Positions 1-15,170 of a DNA stretch of 64,000 nucleotides are shown piece by piece; within the stretch, counting starts at the first letter, position 1; every line of letters starts with the position of its first letter. A program made the position numbers and the translations under genes. The DNA is from Nemertoderma westbladi (lineage: Eukaryota; Animalia; Xenacoelomorpha), in the NCBI GenBank assembly GCA_032718475.1, contig JAUCBJ010000069.1, positions 62,001 through 126,000 of the forward strand, in the 5' to 3' direction. The notes under the pieces were generated by a model. The model was not told the origin of the DNA. It made no database searches and was given only the letters and a program-made list of their open reading frames with translations.

Positions 1-3000
1 CGGCTACTCTTACAACACAAGGTGCTATTTAACCTAAAACCTCACTGCCACACGGCTACTCTATACAACACAAGGTGCTATTTAACCTAAAACCTCACTG
101 CCACACGGCTACTCTATACAACACAAGGTGCTATTTAACCTAAAACCTCACTGTCACACGGCTACTCTATACAACACAAGGTGCTATTTAACCTAAAACC
201 TCACTGCCACACGGCTACTCTATACAACACAAGGTGCTATTTAACCTAAAACCTCACTGCCACACGGCTACTCTATACAACACAAGGTGCTATTTAACCT
301 AAAACCTCACTGCCACACGGCTACTCTATACAACACAAGGTGCTATTTAACCTAAAACCTCACTGCCACACGGCTACTCTATACAACACAAGGTGCTATT
401 TAACCTAAAACCTCACTGCCACACGGCTACTCTAACAACACAAGGTGCTATTTAACCTAAAACCTCACTGCCACACGGCTACTCTATACAACACAAGGTG
501 CTATTTAACCTAAAACCTCACTGCCACACGGCTACTCTATACAACACAAGGTGCTATTTAACCTAAAACCTCGCTGTCACACGGCTACTCTATACAACAC
601 AAGGTGCTATTTAACCTAAAACCTCACTGCCACACGGCTACTCTACAACACAAGGTGCTATTTAACCTAAAACCTCACTGTCACACGGCTACTCTATACA
701 ACACAAGGTGCTATTTAACCTAAAACCTCACTGCCACACGGCTACTCTATACAACACAAGGTTGCTATTTAACCTAAAACCTCACTGTCACACGGCTACT
801 CTATACAACACAAGGTGCTATTTAACCTAAAACCTCACTGCCACACGGCTACTCTACAACACAAGGTGCTATTTAACCTAAAACCTCACTGCCACACGGC
901 TACTCTATACAACACAAGGTGCTATTTAACCTAAAACCTCACTGCCACACGGCTACTCTATACAACACAAGGTTGCTATTTAACCTAAAACCTCACTGCC
1001 ACACGGCTACTCTATACAACACAAGGTGCTATTTAACCTAAAACCTCACTGCCACACGGCTACTCTATACAACACAAGGTGCTATTTAACCTAAAACCTC
1101 ACTGCCACACGGCTACTCTATACAACACAAGGTGCTATTTAACCTAAAACCTCACTGCCACACGGCTACTCTACAACACAAGGTGCTATTTAACCTAAAA
1201 CCTCACTGCCACACGGCTACTCTATACAACACAAGGTGCTATTTAACCTAAAACCTCACTGCCACACGGCTACTCTATACAACACAAGGTGCTATTTAAC
1301 CTAAAACCTCACTGCCACACGGCTACTCTACAACACAAGGTGCTATTTAACCTAAAACCTCACTGCCACACGGCTACTCTATACAACACAAGGTGCTATT
1401 TAACCTAAAACCTCACTGCCACACGGCTACTCTATACAACACAAGGTGCTATTTAACCTAAAACCTCACTGCCACACGGCTACTCTATACAACACAAGGT
1501 GCTATTTAACCTAAAACCTCGCTGCCACACGGCTACTCTATACAACACAAGGTTGCTATTTAACCTAAAACCTCGCTGCCACACGGCTACTCTACAACAC
1601 AAGGTGCTATTTAACCTAAAACCTCACTGCCACACGGCTACTCTATACAACACAAGGTGCTATTTAACCTAAAACCTCACTGCCACACGGCTACTCTATA
1701 CAACACAAGGTGCTATTTAACCTAAAACCCCGCTGCCACACGGCTACTCTAACAACACAAGGTGCTATTTAACCTAAAACCTCACTGCCACACGGCTACT
1801 CTATACAACACAAGGTGCTATTTAACCTAAAACCTCACTGCCACACGGCTACTCTATACAACACAAGGTTGCTATTTAACCTAAAACCTCACTGCCACAC
1901 GGCTACTCTATACAACACAAGGTGCTATTTAACCTAAAACCTCACTGCCACACGGCTACTCTATACAACACAAGGTGCTATTTAACCTAAAACCTCGCTG
2001 CCACACGGCTACTCTATACAACACAAGGTTGCTATTTAACCTAAAACCTCACTGCCACACGGCTACTCTATACAACACAAGGTTGCTATTTAACCTAAAA
2101 CCTCACTGCCACACGGCTACTCTATACAACACAAGGTGCTATTTAACCTAAAACCTCACTGCCACACGGCTACTCTATACAACACAAGGTGCTATTTAAC
2201 CTAAAACCTCACTGCCACACGGCTACTCTATACAACACAAGGTGCTATTTAACCTAAAACCTCACTGCCACACGGCTACTCTATACAACACAAGGTGCTA
2301 TTTAACCTAAAACCTCACTGCCACACGGCTACTCTATACAACACAAGGTTGCTATTTAACCTAAAACCTCACTGCCACACGGCTACTCTATACAACACAA
2401 GGTGCTATTTAACCTAAAACCTCACTGCCACACGGCTACTCTATACAACACAAGGTGCTATTTAACCTAAAACCTCACTGCCACACGGCTACTCTATACA
2501 ACACAAGGTGCTATTTAACCTAAAACCTCACTGCCACACGGCTACTCTATACAACACAAGGTGCTATTTAACCTAAAACCTCACTGTCACACGGCTACTC
2601 TATACAACACAAGGTTGCTATTTAACCTAAAACCTCACTGTCACACGGCTACTCTATACAACACAAGGTGCTATTTAACCTAAAACCTCGCTGCCACACG
2701 GCTACTCTATACAACACAAGGTTGCTATTTAACCTAAAACCTCACTGCCACACGGCTACTCTATACAACACAAGGTGCTATTTAACCTAAAACCTCGCTC
2801 CCACACGGCTACTCTACACAACACAAGGTGCTATTTAACCTAAAACCTCACTGCCACACGGCTACTCTATACAACACAAGGTTGCTATTTAACCTAAAAC
2901 CTCACTGCCACACGGCTACTCTAACAACACAAGGTGCTATTTAACCTAAAACCTCACTGTCACACGGCTACTCTATACAACACAAGGTGCTATTTAACCT

Positions 3001-6000
3001 AAAACCTCGCTGCCACACGGCTACTCTATACAACACAAGGTTGCTATTTAACCTAAAACCTCACTGCCACACGGCTACTCTATACAACACAAGGTGCTAT
3101 TTAACCTAAAACCTCGCTCCCACACGGCTACTCTATACAACACAAGGTGCTATTTAACCTAAAACCTCGCTGCCACACGGCTACTCTATACAACACAAGG
3201 TGCTATTTAACCTAAAACCTCGCTGCCACACGGCTACTCTATACAACACAAGGTGCTATTTAACCTAAAACCTCGCTGCCACACGGCTACTCTATACAAC
3301 ACAAGGTGCTATTTAACCTAAAACCTCACTGTCACACGGCTACTCTACAACACAAGGTTGCTATTTAACCTAAAACCTCACTGCCACACGGCTACTCTAT
3401 ACAACACAAGGTGCTATTTAACCTAAAACCTCACTGCCACACGGCTACTCTATACAACACAAGGTGCTATTTAACCTAAAACCTCACTGCCACACGGCTA
3501 CTCTATACAACACAAGGTGCTATTTAACCTAAAACCTCACTGCCACACGGCTACTCTATACAACACAAGGTTGCTATTTAACCTAAAACCTCACTGCCAC
3601 ACGGCTACTCTATACAACACAAGGTGCTATTTAACCTAAAACCTCACTGCCACACGGCTACTCTATACAACACAAGGTGCTATTTAACCTAAAACCTCGC
3701 TGTCACACGGCTACTCTATACAACACAAGGTGCTATTTAACCTAAAACCTCACTGCCACACGGCTACTCTATACAACACAAGGTGCTATTTAACCTAAAA
3801 CCTCACTGCCACACGGCTACTCTATACAACACAAGGTGCTATTTAACCTAAAACCTCACTGCCACACGGCTACTCTATACAACACAAGGTGCTATTTAAC
3901 CTAAAACCTCACTGCCACACGGCTACTCTATACAACACAAGGTGCTATTTAACCTAAAACCTCACTGCCACACGGCTACTCTATACAACACAAGGTGCTA
4001 TTTAACCTAAAACCTCACTGCCACACGGCTACTCTATACAACACAAGGTGCTATTTAACCTAAAACCTCACTGCCACACGGCTACTCTATACAACACAAG
4101 GTGCTATTTAACCTAAAACCTCACTGCCACACGGCTACTCTATACAACACAAGGTGCTATTTAACCTAAAACCTCACTGCCACACGGCTACTCTACAACA
4201 CAAGGTTGCTATTTAACCTAAAACCTCACTGCCACACGGCTACTCTATACAACACAAGGTGCTATTTAACCTAAAACCTCACTGCCACACGGCTACTCTA
4301 TACAACACAAGGTTGCTATTTAACCTAAAACCTCACTGCCACACGGCTACTCTATACAACACAAGGTGCTATTTAACCTAAAACCTCACTGCCACACGGC
4401 TACTCTACAACACAAGGTGCTATTTAACCTAAAACCTCACTGCCACACGGCTACTCTATACAACACAAGGTGCTATTTAACCTAAAACCTCACTGTCACA
4501 CGGCTACTCTATACAACACAAGGTTGCTATTTAACCTAAAACCTCACTGTCACACGGCTACTCTATACAACACAAGGTGCTATTTAACCTAAAACCTCAC
4601 TGCCACACGGCTACTCTACACAACACAAGGTCCTATTTAACCTAAAACCTCACTGCCACACGGCTACTCTACACAACACAAGGTCCTATTTAACCTAAAA
4701 CCCCGCTGCCACACGGCTACTCTATACAACACAAGGTGCTATTTAACCTAAAACCCCGCTGCCACACGGCTACTCTACACAACACAAGGTGCTATTTAAC
4801 CTAAAACCTCACTGCCACACGGCTACTCTATACAACACAAGGTGCTATTTAACCTAAAACCTCACTGCCACACGGCTACTCTACAACACAAGGTTGCTAT
4901 TTAACCTAAAACCTCACTGTCACACGGCTACTCTATACAACACAAGGTTGCTATTTAACCTAAAACCTCACTGCCACACGGCTACTCTACAACACAAGGT
5001 TGCTATTTAACCTAAAACCTCACTGTCACACGGCTACTCTATACAACACAAGGTTGCTATTTAACCTAAAACCTCACTGCCACACGGCTACTCTATACAA
5101 CACAAGGTGCCATTTAACCTAAAACCTCACTGTCACACGGCTACTCTATACAACACAAGGTGCTATTTAACCTAAAACCTCGCTGCCACACGGCTACTCT
5201 ATACAACACAAGGTTGCTATTTAACCTAAAACCTCACTGCCACACGGCTACTCTATACAACACAAGGTGCTATTTAACCTAAAACCTCACTGCCACACGG
5301 CTACTCTATACAACACAAGGTTGCTATTTAACCTAAAACCTCACTGCCACACGGCTACTCTATACAACACAAGGTGCTATTTAACCTAAAACCTCACTGC
5401 CACACGGCTACTCTATACAACACAAGGTGCTATTTAACCTAAAACCTCACTGCCACACGGCTACTCTATACAACACAAGGTGCCATTTAACCTAAAACCT
5501 CACTGTCACACGGCTACTCTATACAACACAAGGTGCTATTTAACCTAAAACCTCGCTCCCACACGGCTACTCTATACAACACAAGGTGCTATTTAACCTA
5601 AAACCCCGCTGCCACACGGCTACTCTATACAACACAAGGTGCTATTTAACCTAAAACCCCGCTGCCACACGGCTACTCTACACAACACAAGGTGCTATTT
5701 AACCTAAAACCTCACTGCCACACGGCTACTCTATACAACACAAGGTTGCTATTTAACCTAAAACCTCACTGCCACACGGCTACTCTACAACACAAGGTTG
5801 CTATTTAACCTAAAACCTCACTGTCACACGGCTACTCTATACAACACAAGGTTGCTATTTAACCTAAAACCTCACTGCCACACGGCTACTCTATACAACA
5901 CAAGGTGCTATTTAACCTAAAACCTCGCTGCCACACGGCTACTCTATACAACACAAGGTGCTATTTAACCTAAAACCTCGCTCCCACACGGCTACTCTAT

Positions 6001-9000
6001 ACAACACAAGGTGCTATTTAACCTAAAACCTCACTGCCACACGGCTACTCTATACAACACAAGGTGCTATTTAACCTAAAACCTCACTGCCACACGGCTA
6101 CTCTATACAACACAAGGTGCTATTTAACCTAAAACCTCACTGCCACACGGCTACTCTATACAACACAAGGTGCTATTTAACCTAAAACCTCGCTCCCACA
6201 CGGCTACTCTATACAACACAAGGTTGCTATTTAACCTAAAACCTCACTGTCACACGGCTACTCTATACAACACAAGGTGCTATTTAACCTAAAACCTCGC
6301 TCCCACACGGCTACTCTATACAACACAAGGTGCTATTTAACCTAAAACCTCGCTGTCACACGGCTACTCTATACAACACAAGGTTGCTATTTAACCTAAA
6401 ACCTCGCTCCACAATGGCTACTCTATACAACACAAGGTTGCTATTTAACCTAAAACCTCACTGCCACACGGCTACTCTATACAACACAAGGTGCCATTTA
6501 ACCTAAAACCTCACTGTCACACGGCTACTCTATACAACACAAGGTGCTATTTAACCTAAAACCTCGCTCCCACACGGCTACTCTATACAACACAAGGTGC
6601 TATTTAACCTAAAACCTCGCTCCCACACGGCTACTCTATACAACACAAGGTTGCTATTTAACCTAAAACCTCACTGCCACACGGCTACTCTATACAACAC
6701 AAGGTGCTATTTAACCTAAAACCTCGCTCCCACACGGCTACTCTATACAACACAAGGTTGCTATTTAACCTAAAACCTCACTGCCACACGGCTACTCTAT
6801 ACAACACAAGGTGCTATTTAACCTAAAACCCCGCTGCCACACGGCTACTCTACAACACAAGGTGCTATTTAACCTAAAACCCCGCTGCCACACGGCTACT
6901 CTATACAACACAAGGTGCTATTTAACCTAAAACCTCACTGCCACACGGCTACTCTATACAACACAAGGTGCTATTTAACCTAAAACCTCACTGCCACACG
7001 GCTACTCTATACAACACAAGGTGCTATTTAACCTAAAACCTCACTGCCACACGGCTACTCTATACAACACAAGGTGCTATTTAACCTAAAACCTCACTGC
7101 CACACGGCTACTCTATACAACACAAGGTGCTATTTAACCTAAAACCTCGCTCCCACACGGCTACTCTATACAACACAAGGTGCTATTTAACCTAAAACCT
7201 CGCTCCCACACGGCTACTCTATACAACACAAGGTGCTATTTAACCTAAAACCTCACTGTCACACGGCTACTCTACAACACAAGGTTGCTATTTAACCTAA
7301 AACCTCACTGTCACACGGCTACTCTATACAACACAAGGTGCTATTTAACCTAAAACCTCACTGTCACACGGCTACTCTACAACACAAGGTTGCTATTTAA
7401 CCTAAAACCTCACTGTCGCACGGCTACTCTATACAACACAAGGTGCTATTTAACCTAAAACCCCGCTGCCACACGGCTACTCTACAACACAAGGTGCTAT
7501 TTAACCTAAAACCTCACTGTTACACGGCTACTCTATACAACACAAGGTGCTATTTAACCTAAAACCTCACTGTCACACGGCTACTCTATACAACACAAGG
7601 TGCTATTTAACCTAAAACCTCGCTGCCACACGGCTACTCTATACAACACAAGGTGCTATTTAACCTAAAACCTCGCTGCCACACGGCTACTCTATACAAC
7701 ACAAGGTGCTATTTAACCTAAAACCTCGCTGCCACACGGCTACTCTATACAACACAAGGTTGCTATTTAACCTAAAACCTCACTGCCACACGGCTACTCT
7801 ATACAACACAAGGCGCTATTTAACCTAAAACCTCGCTGCCACACGGCTACTCTATACAACACAAGGTTGCTATTTAACCTAAAACCTCGCTCCACAATGG
7901 CTACTCTATACAACACAAGGTTGCTATTTAACCTAAAACAGCACTGTCACACGGCTACTCTACAACACAAGGTTGCTATTTAACCTAAAACCTCACTGCC
8001 ACACGGCTACTCTATACAACACAAGGTTGCTATTTAACCTAAAACCTCACTGTCACACGGCTACTCTACAACACAAGGTTGCTATTTAACCTAAAACCTC
8101 GCTCCCACACGGCTACTCTATACAACACAAGGTGCTATTTAACCTAAAACCTCACTGTCACACGGCTACTCTATACAACACAAGGTTGCTATTTAACCTA
8201 AAACCTCGCTCCACAATGGCTACTCTATACAACACAAGGTTGCTATTTAACCTAAAACCTCACTGTCACACGGCTACTATACAACACAAGGTGCTATTTA
8301 ACCTAAAACCTCGCTGTCACACGGCTACTCTATACAACACAAGGTGCTATTTAACCTAAAACCTCGCTCCACAATGGCTACTCTACAACACAAGGTTGCT
8401 ATTTAACCTAAAACCTCGCTCCCACACGGCTACTCTACAACACAAGGTTGCTATTTAACCTAAAACCTCGCTCCACAATGGCTACTCTATACAACACAAG
8501 GTTGCTATTTAACCTAAAACCTCGCTCCACAATGGCTACTCTACAACACAAGGTTGCTATTTAACCTAAAACCTCGCTCCACAATGGCTACTCTATACAA
8601 CACAAGGTTGCTATTTAACCTAAAACCTCGCTCCACAATGGCTACTCTACAACACAAGGTTGCTATTTAACCTAAAACCTCGCTCCACAATGGCTACTCT
8701 ATACAACACAAGGTTGCTATTTAACCTAAAACCTCGCTCCCACACGGCTACTCTATACAACACAAGGTTGCTATTTAACCTAAAACCTCGCTCCACAATG
8801 GCTACTCTATACAACACAAGGTTGCTATTTAACCTAAAACCTCACTGTCACACGGCTACTATACAACACAAGGTGCTATTTAACCTAAAACCTCGCTGTC
8901 AAACGGCTACTCTATACAACACAAGGTGCTATTTAACCTAAAACCTCGCTCCACAATGGCTACTCTACAACACAAGGTTGCTATTTAACCTAAAACCTCG

Positions 9001-11789
9001 CTCCCACACGGCTACTCTATACAACACAAGGTTGCTATTTAACCTAAAACCTCGCTCCACAATGGCTACTCTATACAACACAAGGTTGCTATTTAACCTA
9101 AAACCTCACTGTCACACGGCTACTATACAACACAAGGTGCTATTTAACCTAAAACCTCGCTCCCACACGGCTACTCTACAACACAAGGTTGCTATTTAAC
9201 CTAAAACCTCGCTCCACAATGGCTACTCTATACAACACAAGGTTGCTATTTAACCTAAAACCTCGCTCCCACACGGCTACTCTACAACACAAGGTTGCTA
9301 TTTAACCTAAAACCTCGCTCCACAATGGCTACTCTATACAACACAAGGTTGCTATTTAACCTAAAACCTCGCTCCACAATGGCTACTCTACAACACAAGG
9401 TTGCTATTTAACCTAAAACCTCGCTCCACAATGGCTACTCTATACAACACAAGGTTGCTATTTAACCTAAAACCTCGCTCCCACACGGCTACTCTATACA
9501 ACACAAGGTTGCTATTTAACCTAAAACCTCGCTCCACAATGGCTACTCTATACAACACAAGGTGCTATTTAACCTAAAACCTCGCTCCACAATGGCTACT
9601 CTACAACACAAGGTTGCTATTTAACCTAAAACCTCGCTCCCACACGGCTACTCTATACAACACAAGGTTGCTATTTAACCTAAAACCTCGCTCCACAATG
9701 GCTACTCTATACAACACAAGGTTGCTATTTAACCTAAAACCTCACTGTCACACGGCTACTCTATACAACACAAGGTTGCTATTTAACCTAAAACCTCGCT
9801 CCCACACGGCTACTCTATACAACACAAGGTTGCTATTTAACCTAAAACCTCGCTCCACAATGGCTACTCTATACAACACAAGGTTGCTATTTAACCTAAA
9901 ACCTCACTGTCACACGGCTACTATACAACACAAGGTGCTATTTAACCTAAAACCTCGCTGTCACACGGCTACTCTATACAACACAAGGTGCTATTTAACC
10001 TAAAACCTCGCTCCACAATGGCTACTCTACAACACAAGGTTGCTATTTAACCTAAAACCTCGCTCCCACACGGCTACTCTATACAACACAAGGTTGCTAT
10101 TTAACCTAAAACCTCGCTCCACAATGGCTACTCTACAACACAAGGTTGCTATTTAACCTAAAACCTCGCTCCACAATGGCTACTCTATACAACACAAGGT
10201 TGCTATTTAACCTAAAACCTCACTGTCACACGGCTACTCTATACAACACAAGGTGCTATTTAACCTAAAACCTCGCTGTCACACGGCTACTCTATACAAC
10301 ACAAGGTTGCTATTTAACCTAAAACCTCGCTCCACAATGGCTACTCTACAACACAAGGTTGCTATTTAACCTAAAACCTCGCTCCACAATGGCTACTCTA
10401 TACAACACAAGGTTGCTATTTAACCTAAAACCTCGCTCCCACACGGCTACTCTATACAACACAAGGTTGCTATTTAACCTAAAACCTCGCTCCACAATGG
10501 CTACTCTATACAACACAAGGTTGCTATTTAACCTAAAACCTCGCTCCCACACGGCTACTCTATACAACACAAGGTTGCTATTTAACCTAAAACCTCGCTC
10601 CACAATGGCTACTCTATACAACACAAGGTTGCTATTTAACCTAAAACCTCACTGTCACACGGCTACTCTATACAACACAAGGTGCTATTTAACCTAAAAC
10701 CTCACTGCCACACGGCTACTCTATACAACACAAGGTGCTATTTAACCTAAAACCTCGCTGTCACACGGCTACTCTATACAACACAAGGTGCTATTTAACC
10801 TAAAACCTCGCTCCCACACGGCTACTCTATACAACACAAGGTTGCTATTTAACCTAAAACCTCGCTGTCACACGGCTACTCTATACAACACAAGGTGCTA
10901 TTTAACCTAAAACCTCGCTCCCACACGGCTACTCTATACAACACAAGGTTGCTATTTAACCTAAAACCTCACTGTCACACGGCTACTCTATACAACACAA
11001 GGTGCTATTTAACCTAAAACCCCGCTGCCACACGGCTACTCTATACAACACAAGGTGCTATTTAACCTAAAACCTCGCTCTCACACGGCTACTCTATACA
11101 ACACAAGGTTGCTATTTAACCTAAAACCTCGCAGCCACACGGCTACTCTATACAACACAAGGTGCTATTTAACCTAAAACCTCGCTCTCACACGGCTACT
11201 CTATACAACACAAGGTTGCTATTTAACCTAAAACCTCGCTGTCACACGGCTACTCTATACAACACAAGGTTGCTATTTAACCTAAAACCTCGCTGCCACA
11301 CGGCTACTCTATACAACACAAGGTTGCTATTTAACCTAAAACCTCGCTCCACAATGGCTACTCTACAACACAAGGTTGCTATTTAACCTAAAACCTCACT
11401 GTCACACGGCTACTCTACACAACACAAGGTGCTATTTAACCTAAAACCTCGCTCCACAATGGCTACTCTACAACACAAGGTTGCTATTTAACCTAAAACC
11501 TCGCTCCCACACGGCTACTCTATACAACACAAGGTTGCTATTTAACCTAAAACCTCGCTCCCACACGGCTACTCTATACAACACAAGGTGCTATTTAACC
11601 TAAAACCCCGCTGCCACACGGCTACTCTACAACACAAGGTTGCTATTTAACCTAAAACCTCGCTCCCACACGGCTGCTCTATACAACACAAGGTGCTATT
11701 TAACCTAAAACCTCACTGCCACACGGCTACTCTACACAACACAAGGTGCTATTTAACCTAAAACCCCGCTGCCACACGGCTACTCTACA

Positions 11790-14700
11790 ACACAAGGTGC
11801 TATTTAACCTAAAACCTCGCTCCCACACGGCTACTCTATACAACACAAGGTGCTATTTAACCTAAAACCTCACTGCCACACGGCTACTCTACAACACAAG
11901 GTGCTATTTAACCTAAAACCTCACTGTCACACGGCTACTCTACAACACAAGGTGCTATTTAACCTAAAACCTCACTGTCACACGGCTACTCTACAACACA
12001 AGGTTGCTATTTAACCTAAAACCTCGCTGTCACACGGCTACTCTATACAACACAAGGTGCTATTTAACCTAAAACCTCACTGTCACACGGCTACTCTACA
12101 CAACACAAGGTGCTATTTAACCTAAAACCTCGCTCCCACACGGCTACTCTATACAACACAAGGTGCTATTTAACCTAAAACCTCACTGCCACACGGCTAC
12201 TCTACACAACACAAGGTGCTATTTAACCTAAAACCCCGCTGCCACACGGCTACTCTACAACACAAGGTGCTATTTAACCTAAAACCTCGCTGTCACACGG
12301 CTACTCTACAACACAAGGTTGCTATTTAACCTAAAACCTCGCTGTCACACGGCTACTCTATACAACACAAGGTTGCTATTTAACCTAAAACCTCGCTGTC
12401 ACACGGCTACTCTACACAACACAAGGTGCTATTTAACCTAAAACCTCGCTGTCACACGGCTACTCTACAACACAAGGTTGCTATTTAACCTAAAACCTCG
12501 CTGTCACACGGCTACTCTATACAACACAAGGTTGCTATTTAACCTAAAACCTCGCTGTCACACGGCTACTCTACACAACACAAGGTGCTATTTAACCTAA
12601 AACCCCGCTGCCACACGGCTACTCTACAACACAAGGTGCTATTTAACCTAAAACCTCGCTGTCACACGGCTACTCTACAACACAAGGTTGCTATTTAACC
12701 TAAAACCTCGCTGTCACACGGCTACTCTACACAACACAAGGTGCTATTTAACCTAAAACCCCGCTGCCACACGGCTACTCTACAACACAAGGTGCTATTT
12801 AACCTAAAACCTCGCTGTCACACGGCTACTCTACAACACAAGGTTGCTATTTAACCTAAAACCTCGCTGTCACACGGCTACTCTATACAACACAAGGTTG
12901 CTATTTAACCTAAAACCTCGCTGTCACACGGCTACTCTACACAACACAAGGTGCTATTTAACCTAAAACCTCGCTCCCACACGGCTACTCTATACAACAC
13001 AAGGTGCTATTTAACCTAAAACCTCACTGCCACACGGCTACTCTACACAACACAAGGTGCTATTTAACCTAAAACCCCGCTGCCACACGGCTACTCTACA
13101 ACACAAGGTGCTATTTAACCTAAAACCTCGCTGTCACACGGCTACTCTACAACACAAGGTTGCTATTTAACCTAAAACCCCGCTGCCACACGGCTACTCT
13201 ACAACACAAGGTGCTATTTAACCTAAAACCTCGCTGTCACACGGCTACTCTACAACACAAGGTTGCTATTTAACCTAAAACCTCGCTGTCACACGGCTAC
13301 TCTATACAACACAAGGTGCTATTTAACCTAAAACCTCGCTCCCACACGGCTACTCTATACAACACAAGGTGCTATTTAACCTAAAACCTCACTGCCACAC
13401 GGCTACTCTACAACACAAGGTGCTATTTAACCTAAAACCTCACTGTCACACGGCTACTCTACAACACAAGGTGCTATTTAACCTAAAACCTCACTGTCAC
13501 ACGGCTACTCTACAACACAAGGTTGCTATTTAACCTAAAACCTCGCTGTCACACGGCTACTCTATACAACACAAGGTGCTATTTAACCTAAAACCTCACT
13601 GTCACACGGCTACTCTACACAACACAAGGTGCTATTTAACCTAAAACCTCGCTCCCACACGGCTACTCTATACAACACAAGGTGCTATTTAACCTAAAAC
13701 CTCACTGCCACACGGCTACTCTACACAACACAAGGTGCTATTTAACCTAAAACCCCGCTGCCACACGGCTACTCTACAACACAAGGTGCTATTTAACCTA
13801 AAACCTCGCTGTCACACGGCTACTCTACAACACAAGGTTGCTATTTAACCTAAAACCTCGCTGTCACACGGCTACTCTATACAACACAAGGTTGCTATTT
13901 AACCTAAAACCTCGCTGTCACACGGCTACTCTACACAACACAAGGTGCTATTTAACCTAAAACCTCGCTGTCACACGGCTACTCTACAACACAAGGTTGC
14001 TATTTAACCTAAAACCTCGCTGTCACACGGCTACTCTATACAACACAAGGTTGCTATTTAACCTAAAACCTCGCTGTCACACGGCTACTCTACACAACAC
14101 AAGGTGCTATTTAACCTAAAACCCCGCTGCCACACGGCTACTCTACAACACAAGGTGCTATTTAACCTAAAACCTCGCTGTCACACGGCTACTCTACAAC
14201 ACAAGGTTGCTATTTAACCTAAAACCTCGCTGTCACACGGCTACTCTACACAACACAAGGTGCTATTTAACCTAAAACCCCGCTGCCACACGGCTACTCT
14301 ACAACACAAGGTGCTATTTAACCTAAAACCTCGCTGTCACACGGCTACTCTACAACACAAGGTTGCTATTTAACCTAAAACCTCGCTGTCACACGGCTAC
14401 TCTATACAACACAAGGTTGCTATTTAACCTAAAACCTCGCTGTCACACGGCTACTCTACACAACACAAGGTGCTATTTAACCTAAAACCTCGCTCCCACA
14501 CGGCTACTCTATACAACACAAGGTGCTATTTAACCTAAAACCTCACTGCCACACGGCTACTCTACACAACACAAGGTGCTATTTAACCTAAAACCCCGCT
14601 GCCACACGGCTACTCTACAACACAAGGTGCTATTTAACCTAAAACCTCGCTGTCACACGGCTACTCTACAACACAAGGTTGCTATTTAACCTAAAACCCC

Positions 14701-15170
14701 GCTGCCACACGGCTACTCTACAACACAAGGTGCTATTTAACCTAAAACCTCGCTGTCACACGGCTACTCTACAACACAAGGTTGCTATTTAACCTAAAAC
14801 CTCGCTGTCACACGGCTACTCTATACAACACAAGGTGCTATTTAACCTAAAACCTCGCTCCCACACGGCTACTCTATACAACACAAGGTGCTATTTAACC
14901 TAAAACCTCACTGCCACACGGCTACTCTACAACACAAGGTGCTATTTAACCTAAAACCTCACTGTCACACGGCTACTCTACAACACAAGGTGCTATTTAA
15001 CCTAAAACCTCACTGTCACACGGCTACTCTACAACACAAGGTTGCTATTTAACCTAAAACCTCGCTGTCACACGGCTACTCTATACAACACAAGGTGCTA
15101 TTTAACCTAAAACCTCACTGTCACACGGCTACTCTACACAACACAAGGTGCTATTTAACCTAAAACCTCG
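11790..15170 (+). repeat. Higher-order repeat within the satellite, period 1519 bp (about 29 monomers), about 2.2 copies
   Basis: The same ordered series of monomer variants starts at the TCCCACACGG at 11821, 13340 and 14859 (offsets 1519 and 1519). The third copy diverges near 15170. Boundaries are approximate. Confidence 0.8.

Noticed and set aside
6405-6424. Reverse complement of the CCACAATGGCTAC allele (GTAGCCATTGTGG) resembles part of the dinoflagellate spliced leader (CCGTAGCCATTTTGGCTCAAG), tempting given that Ulp1-bearing NeSL elements target spliced-leader genes
   Set aside because: Only 12 of 13 bases match, flanks do not match, it occurs in only one allele, and a 53-bp unit has no room for an SL RNA gene with intron and Sm site. 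The nematode SL1 sequence is also not present. Likely chance.
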